From assembly GCA_051439505.1 (NCBI GenBank), contig JBFRWI010000183.1, positions 1 to 43,774 of the forward strand: a stretch of DNA of 43,774 nucleotides. The letters are read 5' to 3'. Source of the DNA: Hormoscilla sp. (GTDB lineage Bacteria > Cyanobacteriota > Cyanobacteriia > Cyanobacteriales > Desertifilaceae). Under the pieces are notes generated by a model. That model made no database searches, was not told the origin of the DNA, and saw only the letters and a program-made list of their open reading frames with translations. Shown here in pieces: positions 18,602 to 27,917 of the stretch (position 1 is its first letter; each line of letters opens with the position of its first letter). The translations under genes and the position numbers were made by a program.

Positions 18602-18937
18602 ATGCCTACATTACCACGCACCTCAACCAGCGAAATGGAAGTCACCAGCATCCGTTTGGAAAGGGAACTGAAGAATCAACTGAAGCGACTGGCTGGAGGT
18701 CAGGGCTATCAAGCGATGGTGCGAAATATCCTCTGGAACTACGTCCAGCAGAAATCCGGTCAATACAGGTCCCCGTTGGTGCCTGATGATATCCGCAGCA
18801 GTGTTGATGCGATCGCCCGCAAGGAGGAGCGCTGCGCGATCACCGGCGATCGCATAGAACCGAATGAGCCGATGTTATTGGGCCTCACGGCCAGCGGCGA
18901 TTTGGTACCCCTCAGTATAAAGTGTTTTGCCAGATAG
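18602..18937 (+). CDS. trcR: ribbon-helix-helix transcriptional regulator, TrcR-like
   Basis: EVTSIRLERELKNQLK...GYQAMVRNILWNYV RHH pattern plus C-terminal CAITG. Divergent from HNH and Alr0857-like genes, matching my recollection of the Anabaena PCC 7120 all0854 locus. Confidence 0.7.
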   Translation: MPTLPRTSTSEMEVTSIRLERELKNQLKRLAGGQGYQAMVRNILWNYVQQKSGQYRSPLVPDDIRSSVDAIARKEERCAITGDRIEPNEPMLLGLTASGDLVPLSIKCFAR

Positions 18938-19201
18938 TCCCCTCATTGGCATTGCACCGCAGATAAGATTGTTGGGGCGATCGCCTGGTCCCGAAGCGCG
19001 ATCGCCCCTATAAACGTTTGTCTTAATTTTGCTGCTCTCCCACCGGCAGCAGCCAGTTCGGCTAGATATATACACCCATCTCCATCAACCCGGTTTTTTG
19101 CTGGCACCGGGTTTTTTCTGGATCTCTGGTACTTTAAATACTGCCCCTATAACTTTATAATTCTCAGCATTCATAGGTAGTAAGGCCCTAACTAGAGGAG
19201 A

Positions 19202-19330
19202 GTGCAAGTGACAGCCCTGCCACAGATTACCATAGAAGTGATCGACGAGCGCTCCCCCTATTTGCCCGCAGTCATAGCTTTAGGTGATGCCCATAAAAAA
19301 ACTCTGAGCTTTTTTCCCGAAGGCGCTACT
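19202..19330 (+). pseudogene. N-terminal fragment, probably of a GNAT-type gene
   Basis: AGAGGAG RBS and SPYLPAVIALGDAHKKTLSFFPEGA, then the frame runs into HIP1 and repeat sequence. Confidence 0.4.
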
Positions 19331-19476
19331 CGCGTGTTCGCAGCAAAAGTGCGATCGCCCGTTGGTGGTGGTGCGATCGCCCCCTTGCTGCGAGAAACCG
19401 GTTTGGAGAGATATCCTTTAATCTTTGCCCAAGGTTGGAAAAAGAAACCCGGTTTCTGGTCCCAGGGGATATTTTT

Positions 19477-20256
19477 TTAGTCGGAATCTCCAGTAATGAC
19501 AATTTCGTTGCCAAAGTTGCGGTATACTGGACGCTGGTTACTCCTTCGTAGCTTGTCCTCGATATACTTGGTCAAGCTGTGGTTTGTCACCCAAGAATCT
19601 TCATGGTTCTTGAAGTCCAGCGCCTCTAATAAAGCTGCTGTGAACACGCCATTATATCCGCGTATCTGCTCTTCGGCCTCCTCGAAACTCCGAGAAGCTG
19701 CGATCAAGCAGGTATCCTTATCCCGCCCTAAATCATCGGAGAACCTTTCGTCAATATTGAGCAAATGGCCGCTGTGGCAGCAGTCCAACCATACTAGCTT
19801 CTGGCGCACTGGCGACTTCACCAACACGGAACGCAACCAACTCAACGATACGCCCACCAAGGTGCCGTCCCGTTTTTTGCCCTTAGCAGTGGAAGTGGCC
19901 AAAAAGCCATCCTTGACCCCATCAATATCCTCAACAAAGCCGTGACCAGCAAAAAATAAGATCGCCGTATGGGGAATCTCCCCCGGGATATCAGTGGGTG
20001 GGTTGAATAGCAGCTCAATCTCAGCCTCCAAGTCCTCCTTTCTCACGCGAGGGTTTTGCCCATTCTTCTTACCGTCCCAGAGTAACACTTGCGGGGGACC
20101 ATCCGGATTAAGTTTTAAGGGAAGGCGCTTTACCCAAAATCCCCCATGTTTTTCCAGCATCTTGGCCACCTCTTCCGCATCTTTTGCCGGTTTAAGCAGT
20201 TCTTTCAGAGGATAGTAATACTTGTTGATTCCTACTACGAGAGCTTCTCTGTTCAT
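19477..20256 (-). CDS. caspase-like protease (peptidase C14)
   Basis: ALVVGINKY; FFAGHG (His) and WLDCCHSG (Cys) dyad; GVFTAALLEAL. Confidence 0.9.
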   Translation of the reverse strand: MNREALVVGINKYYYPLKELLKPAKDAEEVAKMLEKHGGFWVKRLPLKLNPDGPPQVLLWDGKKNGQNPRVRKEDLEAEIELLFNPPTDIPGEIPHTAILFFAGHGFVEDIDGVKDGFLATSTAKGKKRDGTLVGVSLSWLRSVLVKSPVRQKLVWLDCCHSGHLLNIDERFSDDLGRDKDTCLIAASRSFEEAEEQIRGYNGVFTAALLEALDFKNHEDSWVTNHSLTKYIEDKLRRSNQRPVYRNFGNEIVITGDSD

Positions 20257-20565
20257 AACTAATCACGTTCACCTTTGGCTCTCCTGGGTTTATGGTGAAA
20301 TGTATACCACAATACATTTTGCTGGGATAAAAAAGGCTGAAACCCTTGATTTTGCGTGGCGTTCAGATTTACTTATCACCAAAACCCTAGGAGACCCTCA
20401 CCTTTCTCTGCTAGTATACTGGATAGTCTACTAAGTAGTCATGCAAAATTATTTTTATATCGAATCCACTCTCTACGCTGACTTGGGGCGGATCTCATAT
20501 AAAATAAATTTTGCCTAGCTAGGTACTTATAGTCTATAGCCAAAAAATCCCGAAGGTCGCCGAAC

Positions 20566-23500
20566 ATGAATACAGCCAGTTACATCCCCTTACTAGCCCT
20601 ATTGCTTACTCTATCAGAGTTAGAGAAGCCTCTGACCCAAGACCAAATAGAATCCTTAAATGAGCTAGGATTCCGGATGGAGATGGATATGGAGTGGGAC
20701 TGGGAGCCTGATCTGCTCAATATAGTACAAGATAACCCCGTCTGGAATCAACAATTTACAGAAACCAAAGCCAAACTGGAGGGTCTCGAAGAAGAACAGA
20801 TCCTGAGCATAATCACCATCGAGGACTTAATACGGGTCTTTCCCGAGGCCATAGACCTAAGCAGCAACATGAGGGTGCGCATTCGGACCCCTTCGGCCAT
20901 CGAGCCTTCAAAGCGCGGTCTGCCACTTCGTTCGCGTGTAAAAGGGAAGGATTATTATGTGATCAATACATCTTTGCTCATTCTCATGGACAATAACCCC
21001 CAGGAAAAGGCGAAAGAAATATTCGGTGATAAACTCAAAGAACTATTTCCGTCCGTGGCCTTTCCAGCACGACAAAATCAACTCCAAATCCCTCAGGGAG
21101 TACGGGGCGATCGTGCCTTTGGCAACGACAGCCTCGGCGTCCAAGATGAGCTGGAAGCGTTGGCGCAGGTGTTGATGTTGCGTAGCGTCTTCCCACCGCT
21201 GGCGATCGGGCTGCTGGGCAGTTGGGGTAGCGGCAAATCCTTCGGGATGCACTTGATTCAGCAAAAAATCAACGACATTCGCGCCGAAAAAATTGATGAC
21301 GATCAAGCCTGGGGTGAGAAACCCTCGCCTTACGTTGGCCATATCTACTCTATTACCTTCAACGCCTGGACCTATGCAAAAGAGAACCTTTGGGCAAGCT
21401 TGATGCAGGAGATTTTCTACGAGCTGAACCGGCAGATCGGTCTCGAACGTCGGCTTGCGGAGCTATTGGCGGAGACAACAACCCCAGTCAGCACTGAAGA
21501 AAAACCAGTCAGCACCGAAGAAAAACGCGCGATCGATCGCTTTATCTATCAACCCTGGCAATGGTTTAAGGCACAAATCTGGCGACCCATCCGACTGTTT
21601 GCATTGCGAGTTGGTCGGGTTGTTGACTTGGCGATCGTTCAGCCAATCTGCCATGTCCGGGGCTTTCTTCCCTTTCTCATAATTTTGATTGCGCAATTGA
21701 GGGCAGATGGGGTCAAAACAATATATAGGGAACTAGAGAATCAGTTAACCGGACAAAGCGGAGATAGCAGCGAGTCTACGGAAAAATCCGGGCAAGCAAG
21801 TCGCTCCACTCAATACTATTGGCGTGACGAAATCCCCCCGGAAACGAATCGCCTCGAAACCGTCATTGAGCGTGTTTTATACCTACTGCTTCTCGGCTTC
21901 CCCGAACGCCTAAAAGATACTCAAACCCGCTGGGATAAGAAAATCAATCCCGCCACAAAACCCACACCCGAAGAAATCGCGAGTTTGCTTCGGGAAGGTG
22001 GCTCCTTTTGGTCGATCCTCTACGAACTAGACCCCGCCAAACGCACTAAAGAAATTAACAACGAAATTAACAACAAAAATTTAGGCAAACGAAGCGAAGA
22101 ATTCAACGCTCAACCCGGCTACCTCTGGCAAATACTTGACAAGCTGCGCCAGAGCGAACAACAAAAGCTCCAAACCCTCAAAAAACAACGGGACAAACGG
22201 GAAATCGAACTGCAAAAACTCCTGAAAACCGAAGGCGATCGCCGCAAACTCATTGCCCTGTTCAAGCCGATCGTTCAGAAACTCGCCAAGCTTACCCCAG
22301 ACGAACTCTCCGCCATCGGCACCCCCCTGGGCTTCCTTGCGATCGTTCTCTTCGTCGCTGCCACCACCGTCCTCGCGCAGCAAACCGACGCGATCGCCAA
22401 CTTCGTCGCCAGCGTGACCGACGCGATCGCTAACCTCGCAACCGAGATAGCCAAACTTCCTGCTATTCGCTACATCGGCCTTGTCAGCACCGCGATCGCC
22501 ATCTTACCCAAACTCATCGGCTACATCAACGCCGTCAAAGAAGAACTCAGGGCCATCAAACTCGACCCCGAGCACCTGTTTGACGATGACAGCGGCACCA
22601 GCGAAAAAGGCAAAAAACTCAACGCGGAACTCGCCACCCTGCGGCTCGAAGTCAAAGAACAAGAAGAACGGGCCGGATTCACTGCCAACCACAGCTCCGT
22701 TGTCGATTTCGTCAACGCTCGCCTCAATACCGACACCTACGGCAAACATCTCGGCCTGATGCAGCAAGTCCGCCGCGACCTCGAAGACCTCTCCCAGGGC
22801 TTCACCTCCGACCCCGACCGCCTAAAAGAGATCTTCCCCCGAGGCCCCGTCCGCGTCGTCCTGTATATCGACGACCTCGATCGTTGCCCGCCCGATCGGG
22901 TGGTGGAAGTTCTCGAAGCCGTGCAGCTTTTACTCAAAACACCACTGTTTATCGTGGTTCTCGCCATCGACGATCGCTACATCGCCCGGGCCCTCGAACA
23001 GGTCTATAAAGGGGTCCTCAAACGCAAAGGCAAACCCTCGGGCATCGACTACCTCGAAAAAATTATCCAAATCCCCTATCGGATGCGGCCCATTGCACCC
23101 CACACCATCAAAGACTACCTCGAATCCCAGACAGAAGTTCAAGAGGAGGAGAAGGCCGAACCCGAGGCCAACTCCGACCCGAACCAAGACCTTCCCCCCG
23201 TCCAGGGAACAGACCGACCCACCAACGACGCACCCAAATCATCCGATCCATCGTCCGAACCTGCGATCGAGCAGAGCGACACCAAAGAACAAACCACCAC
23301 CGACCCCGAATCTGAACCCGAAAACGTCATCGAGACGATCAAACTCGATCGCGAAGAATTCCATATTCTGGTCGATTGCTGCAAACACGTCGATGTCACC
23401 CCCCGCACTGCCAAACGCCTGATCAACATCTACAAAATTCTGCAAATCATCTGGCACACCCGCAATACCAAGAACCCCAACTACCAGACTTTTGAAACGC

Positions 23501-24048
23501 AAGATAAACGCACCGTGATGTCGTTCCTGGCGCTGTCAGGACGCTATCCCGAATTGATGCGTTATCTCTTTGAAGAAATTGATGTTTTGCTTGAAGAAGA
23601 CGCCGGTCAATATGTCGATCGCACGGACTACGATAACCCACGCCTCTCGATTCCGCTAAATGTCTTGCTGGACGACAAACTCAGCTATGCCCAAAACTCA
23701 CGGGACCCCTACGCCAAACGAGAGTGGAAACGCTTTGAGGGCGATATTAAGCGCATGGTGTCATCATACAGACTTAGCATCGATCGCGAAACCTTCGAGC
23801 TAATGATCTCCTTCTGCTTCGTTGGCGACATCGGCTACGACCCGGACGATCGCGACATCGATCGCGACATCGAAAACCACACCCCACCATCACCGAGGGC
23901 GCATCTAAGCTTTGGGGGGGCGCTCCGGGGCTCACAGGGAGCAGGGAGCCCCGGAGCAGGGAGAGGGAGACTCACAGGGGGGTGTGGTCAAAACCCGTTG
24001 ATCGTTTCTGGGCCCGTAGGGGCGAAGCATTCGGGCGACAAGTTATGA
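20566..24048 (+). CDS. KAP-family P-loop NTPase with transmembrane segments and an extra N-terminal domain
   Basis: AIGLLGSWGSGKS, FNAWTY, VVLYIDDLDRC, YLEKIIQIPY, TPRTAKR. Confidence 0.92.
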   Translation: MNTASYIPLLALLLTLSELEKPLTQDQIESLNELGFRMEMDMEWDWEPDLLNIVQDNPVWNQQFTETKAKLEGLEEEQILSIITIEDLIRVFPEAIDLSSNMRVRIRTPSAIEPSKRGLPLRSRVKGKDYYVINTSLLILMDNNPQEKAKEIFGDKLKELFPSVAFPARQNQLQIPQGVRGDRAFGNDSLGVQDELEALAQVLMLRSVFPPLAIGLLGSWGSGKSFGMHLIQQKINDIRAEKIDDDQAWGEKPSPYVGHIYSITFNAWTYAKENLWASLMQEIFYELNRQIGLERRLAELLAETTTPVSTEEKPVSTEEKRAIDRFIYQPWQWFKAQIWRPIRLFALRVGRVVDLAIVQPICHVRGFLPFLIILIAQLRADGVKTIYRELENQLTGQSGDSSESTEKSGQASRSTQYYWRDEIPPETNRLETVIERVLYLLLLGFPERLKDTQTRWDKKINPATKPTPEEIASLLREGGSFWSILYELDPAKRTKEINNEINNKNLGKRSEEFNAQPGYLWQILDKLRQSEQQKLQTLKKQRDKREIELQKLLKTEGDRRKLIALFKPIVQKLAKLTPDELSAIGTPLGFLAIVLFVAATTVLAQQTDAIANFVASVTDAIANLATEIAKLPAIRYIGLVSTAIAILPKLIGYINAVKEELRAIKLDPEHLFDDDSGTSEKGKKLNAELATLRLEVKEQEERAGFTANHSSVVDFVNARLNTDTYGKHLGLMQQVRRDLEDLSQGFTSDPDRLKEIFPRGPVRVVLYIDDLDRCPPDRVVEVLEAVQLLLKTPLFIVVLAIDDRYIARALEQVYKGVLKRKGKPSGIDYLEKIIQIPYRMRPIAPHTIKDYLESQTEVQEEEKAEPEANSDPNQDLPPVQGTDRPTNDAPKSSDPSSEPAIEQSDTKEQTTTDPESEPENVIETIKLDREEFHILVDCCKHVDVTPRTAKRLINIYKILQIIWHTRNTKNPNYQTFETQDKRTVMSFLALSGRYPELMRYLFEEIDVLLEEDAGQYVDRTDYDNPRLSIPLNVLLDDKLSYAQNSRDPYAKREWKRFEGDIKRMVSSYRLSIDRETFELMISFCFVGDIGYDPDDRDIDRDIENHTPPSPRAHLSFGGALRGSQGAGSPGAGRGRLTGGCGQNPLIVSGPVGAKHSGDKL

Positions 24049-24133
24049 CATAAATTTACAGATGTTCTCTCCGAATGCTTCGCCGGAGCACCCCACGAGG
24101 GTCTCCCCGTACCAACTGTTTTTGACCACACCC
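23980..24133. mobile_element. MITE-like element with GGGTGTGGTCAAAA terminal inverted repeats
   Basis: GGGTGTGGTCAAAA at 23980 and TTTTGACCACACCC at ~24120. The same right end occurs at 120-133 and 237-250. Confidence 0.65.
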
Positions 24134-24323
24134 CGGGAGAGGGGCAAATTCAAAGTCCCCCTTTCAAAGGGGGATTTAGGGGGATTTAGGGGGATTTAAG
24201 CGCTGTACCTCACCATATTGAAAAATGCTATATATATAGGACAGAAACGCGATCGATCGAGACCTGGTTGACGATTTCCATGTCAGATGGTAGTATAGTA
24301 GATAGTTGCTATTCATAAGAAAG

Positions 24324-25358
24324 ATGACGATAACTCTCAAACCAGAGCAAGAAGCATTTGTGCGCCAACAGCTAAAGAGTGGCAAGTATCGCACAATTGA
24401 TGATGTAATAGTGAAAGCGTTTCAACTGCTAGCAGAACGAGACCGAGAATATCTCCATGGGGTAGAAGAAACTCGCGCCCAAGTGGAGGTTGAGCAGCTG
24501 ACCCAGGAGAAAAATAAACAAGTTATGCGTTTTGATGAAACCATCAGGGAGCTGAAACGCACCCAAGCGCAACTGATTCAAACTGAAAAAATGTCCAGAT
24601 TGGGGCAGATAGTAGCGGATATAGCTAACGAAATAAACGGCCCCCTCGGCTTTATATATGGCAATATTAATAGCACCGTCAGAGAATATATCCAAGACCT
24701 AATCGACCTGATAAATATATATCAGGAGGAATATCCCAATCCTACAGCAAGAATACAGTCGGAGATCGAAGAGATCGATCTGGAATTGATTGTGGAAGAC
24801 CTCTCAAAACTATTAGATAGTATACATGCCGGAGCCGATCGCATCCGTTATATCGTTCGGTCCCTACGGACTTTCTCCCACCTGGATAAATCATTCATGA
24901 CACGAGATATCCATGAAGGAATTGAGAGTACCCTAGTCATGTTAGAGCGTCGCCTGGGGAGCGCTAGTATCCAGGTAATTAAAGCATTCTCTCAATTGCC
25001 CCTGGTGACTTGCTATGCTAGTGAGTTGAATCAGGTCTTCCTCCATATTCTCAATAATGCCATCGATGCTTTACACAATCAGCCATCGCCCCAAATTATC
25101 ATTCGCACTGAGATGACTCGATCCGATCGGGTGAAGATTGCGATCGCCGACAATGGACCGGGGATGAGTGAAGAGGTGAAAGAGCGCATCTTTGACCCGT
25201 TTTTCACCACGAAACCGGCAGGCGCGGGCACGGGTTTGGGATTATCCATTTGTTATTCGATTGTAGTAGAACAGCATCGTGGAAGTTTGACCTGCAATTC
25301 TGCGCTAGGACAGGGAACCGAGTTGATAATCGAGATTCCTATTCTCCCAAAAACATAA
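24324..25358 (+). CDS. ParD-like RHH domain fused to a His-kinase core lacking the phospho-acceptor His
   Basis: MTITLKPEQEAFVRQQLKSGKYRTIDDVI. H-box reads ADIANEINGP (paralogs [10 protein letters not shown]). N, G1, F and G2 boxes intact. Confidence 0.8.
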   Translation: MTITLKPEQEAFVRQQLKSGKYRTIDDVIVKAFQLLAERDREYLHGVEETRAQVEVEQLTQEKNKQVMRFDETIRELKRTQAQLIQTEKMSRLGQIVADIANEINGPLGFIYGNINSTVREYIQDLIDLINIYQEEYPNPTARIQSEIEEIDLELIVEDLSKLLDSIHAGADRIRYIVRSLRTFSHLDKSFMTRDIHEGIESTLVMLERRLGSASIQVIKAFSQLPLVTCYASELNQVFLHILNNAIDALHNQPSPQIIIRTEMTRSDRVKIAIADNGPGMSEEVKERIFDPFFTTKPAGAGTGLGLSICYSIVVEQHRGSLTCNSALGQGTELIIEIPILPKT

Positions 25359-25477
25359 CATCGTGCAGGGGGCTTGGTCTTGTCTGCAAGTTGACCACGG
25401 TACATCAAAAGCATGGACGAAACTCGGCATAGCCTCAAACCCCTTTCCCACCGACAGAAACGCGATCGATCGAGACC

Positions 25478-25764
25478 AGATCCTGTCTGACCCTCAAACA
25501 GGTGCAGCACGCTATATCCTGGATACTAAATACAAGACTGGCGATCAAGTGGCGATCGGGGACTTCCACCAAATGGTCAGCTATGCAAAAGCAACAAAAT
25601 GTTACGAAGCAGTTTTAGTCTATCCAAAACCCCTAAGCTTTCCCCTAGACGCCAAGAATGACGATATCCGATTTTTCCGGAACGGTGTCCGCAGTCTGAC
25701 TTTCTCCCTGGATGGCAACCTCGATCGAGCAGGCGTTGCATTTCTGCGGGATTTGCTGGAGTAA
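25478..25764 (+). pseudogene. mcrC: C-terminal fragment of an McrC-family nuclease
   Basis: YILDTKYK...DFHQMVSYA...AVLVYP motif; no N-terminal part. Confidence 0.65.
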
Positions 25765-26065
25765 TGCTAGCTGATTGCATGGAAAAGAAACCGGGTTTCT
25801 GTTACAATGAACCGTGACAGACGATAATTGGTAAAAGAAACCCGGTTTCTGGCCCCCCCTGCAACTCCCATGTAATGAATCATACCATTTTTAAAAAGAA
25901 TGCTACAATAACTTTGAAGATTATTTATTAGTCGGTTTCAACCGACTTTAGCTATTAGCCCGGGGTTTGAACCCCGGGCGGGATAACAGCGAAGTGACTA
26001 ACTGTATCATCATTAAATCAAAATGGTATGACAACTAACAACCCACAACTAACAACTGACAACAG

Positions 26066-26446
26066 ATGAAACTCAAACCTGGTTTATTTCAAATAATCGT
26101 CGTCGTAGCGATTTCCTCCCTCGTTGTAGCCTGTAACCCATACTCGCCCTCAAGGAATCGGTCAAATTGCAACGACAGAACAGTACGGCGATCGGATGAC
26201 TGTGACCCCCCAGAAAGAAGCGGTGAAAGTGTATTTTTTCCCCCTAGTGGCGGTCGGGCTCCCGCTAGCGTGGGGCGTCCCGGCAAAAGCGGTGAAAGTG
26301 TATTTTTTGCCCCTAGTGGCGGTCGGGCTCCCGGTAGCGTGGGGCGTCCCGGCAAAACTGGTACAACAACCCCTTCACCGCCTTCAGCGCCTAGAGGAGG
26401 TCGCGGAGGCTTTGGCAGTTTTGGTCGCGGTGGCGCTAGCGGATAA
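26066..26446 (+). CDS. lipoprotein with Gly-rich tail and a 69-bp tandem duplication
   Basis: Lipobox LVVAC; 2 x SGESVFF.PSGGRAP.SVGRPGK; RGGFGSFGRGG tail typical of partners of GSP-synthase genes. Confidence 0.8.
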   Translation: MKLKPGLFQIIVVVAISSLVVACNPYSPSRNRSNCNDRTVRRSDDCDPPERSGESVFFPPSGGRAPASVGRPGKSGESVFFAPSGGRAPGSVGRPGKTGTTTPSPPSAPRGGRGGFGSFGRGGASG

Positions 26447-26457
26447 GGAGAACTCTA

Positions 26458-27728
26458 ATGAATTACAATCCCTTTGACTGTCCTCAACGAGACAGGTTGT
26501 TTAACTCTTCCATGAGAATGACATGGTATAATCTTTGCCCGATCGACGGAGAAACGGGTTTACCAATAGCCAAACAACAAGTACCTTACGCCCTTTATCA
26601 CTGTCATCAAGTATCGCCCCAGACTGTACGAGAAATTAAGCAAGCTTCCGAGTCTGTCGGTCGCCTTTTGATGTCAACTTGGGAAGTCATTCGCACTCTT
26701 GACGAAGAAGCATTACTTTACTATGGCTTTCCCCAGGAAGCTGTCAAGCTAGTTAAGCATGACTCTCTGGCACCCTTTTGCATGCGCCTTGACTGGTGCT
26801 GGAACGAAGCGACTGGCATTAAAAAGGTTGTCGAAGCTAATCCCCAAACTCCTAGTTTTTGGTACGAATGTGCAGAAGGAAATCGTCATGTGGCTTCAGA
26901 ATTTGGCTGCCAAGACCCCGACCCCGAGTCCCAAACACTCTTAAGGATAACTCTCAATCAGCAGCTCCAAAGGGCAGCTTTACATCTAAATAAACCCCCA
27001 TCTGAATGTCGGGTGGCCTTTACCACCTTGAATAATGCTGAAGATATGGGGACTATGCAATGGTTGAGCCGTCACTTGCAGCACCAGAGTGCTGTTTTTC
27101 CCCTGGAATATCTGCGCATTCAAGATGGCAATTGCCTGTTTGACCAAAGAAATGGAAAACCTATAGATATCCTGTTTATGTGGTATCCGATCGAATGGGC
27201 GATCTATGATGAAGATGAAGCCGGGAAAAGATTGTGGCCGGCCCTAGAGCAACTAATTCTGGAAAAAAAGGTGGTAGTTGTTAACTTTGCTTCCGCTTTT
27301 GCCCTGCAACCCAAAGGAGTATTTGCCCTGATTAATGATTTGGGTACTGATTTTTTTATGCCCGAGATGCCGCAACTATTTTTGACTATTTTCCCAAAAC
27401 CTCTCTGTCTCCAGATGCGATCGGGCCTGACTACTTTGCCAAACCCATTCTGGGCCGCCAAGGTGAAGGTTCCTTTGCTGTGCGATCGGGCGCGATCGCG
27501 TACCGGAGCAATAGTAACGATCCCTGGTATACAGAACAAGAGTATGTATACCAAGAGCTGTTGGACTTTCCTCAGATCGAAATTGCGGGCCAGGATCTGA
27601 CTGCTGTTTGGGGAGTCTGGCTGTACAATAATGGTAACAATGAGTTAGTCTCTGGAGGATTGGGAATTCGAGTTTCTGAAGGAATTATTACCGACGACTT
27701 CTCCTACTGGTGTCCCATTGGATCCTGA
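26458..27728 (+). pseudogene. glutathionylspermidine synthase-family ATP-grasp protein, frameshifted near 27360
   Basis: MRLDW...VEANPQTPS...YPIEW in the first frame. The alternative frame continues DYFPKT...YFAKPILGRQGEG...YVYQE...GLGIR. Confidence 0.75.
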
Positions 27729-27917
27729 GGTGATGCCCGATCGCTTTAGCACTGTACGTAATATCAGTCTGGGTATAATTTTAGTGATAATAATCTGCTA
27801 AACTACGCAAGAATGATAATGTGAGTTAAAATAGATTAGCTTGGCCTTGACAAAATTTTCAGATTGGGGCAGTATAGTAATAGGCAACCCATAAGAAAGA
27901 AAGCTATAAAAGGCTCC

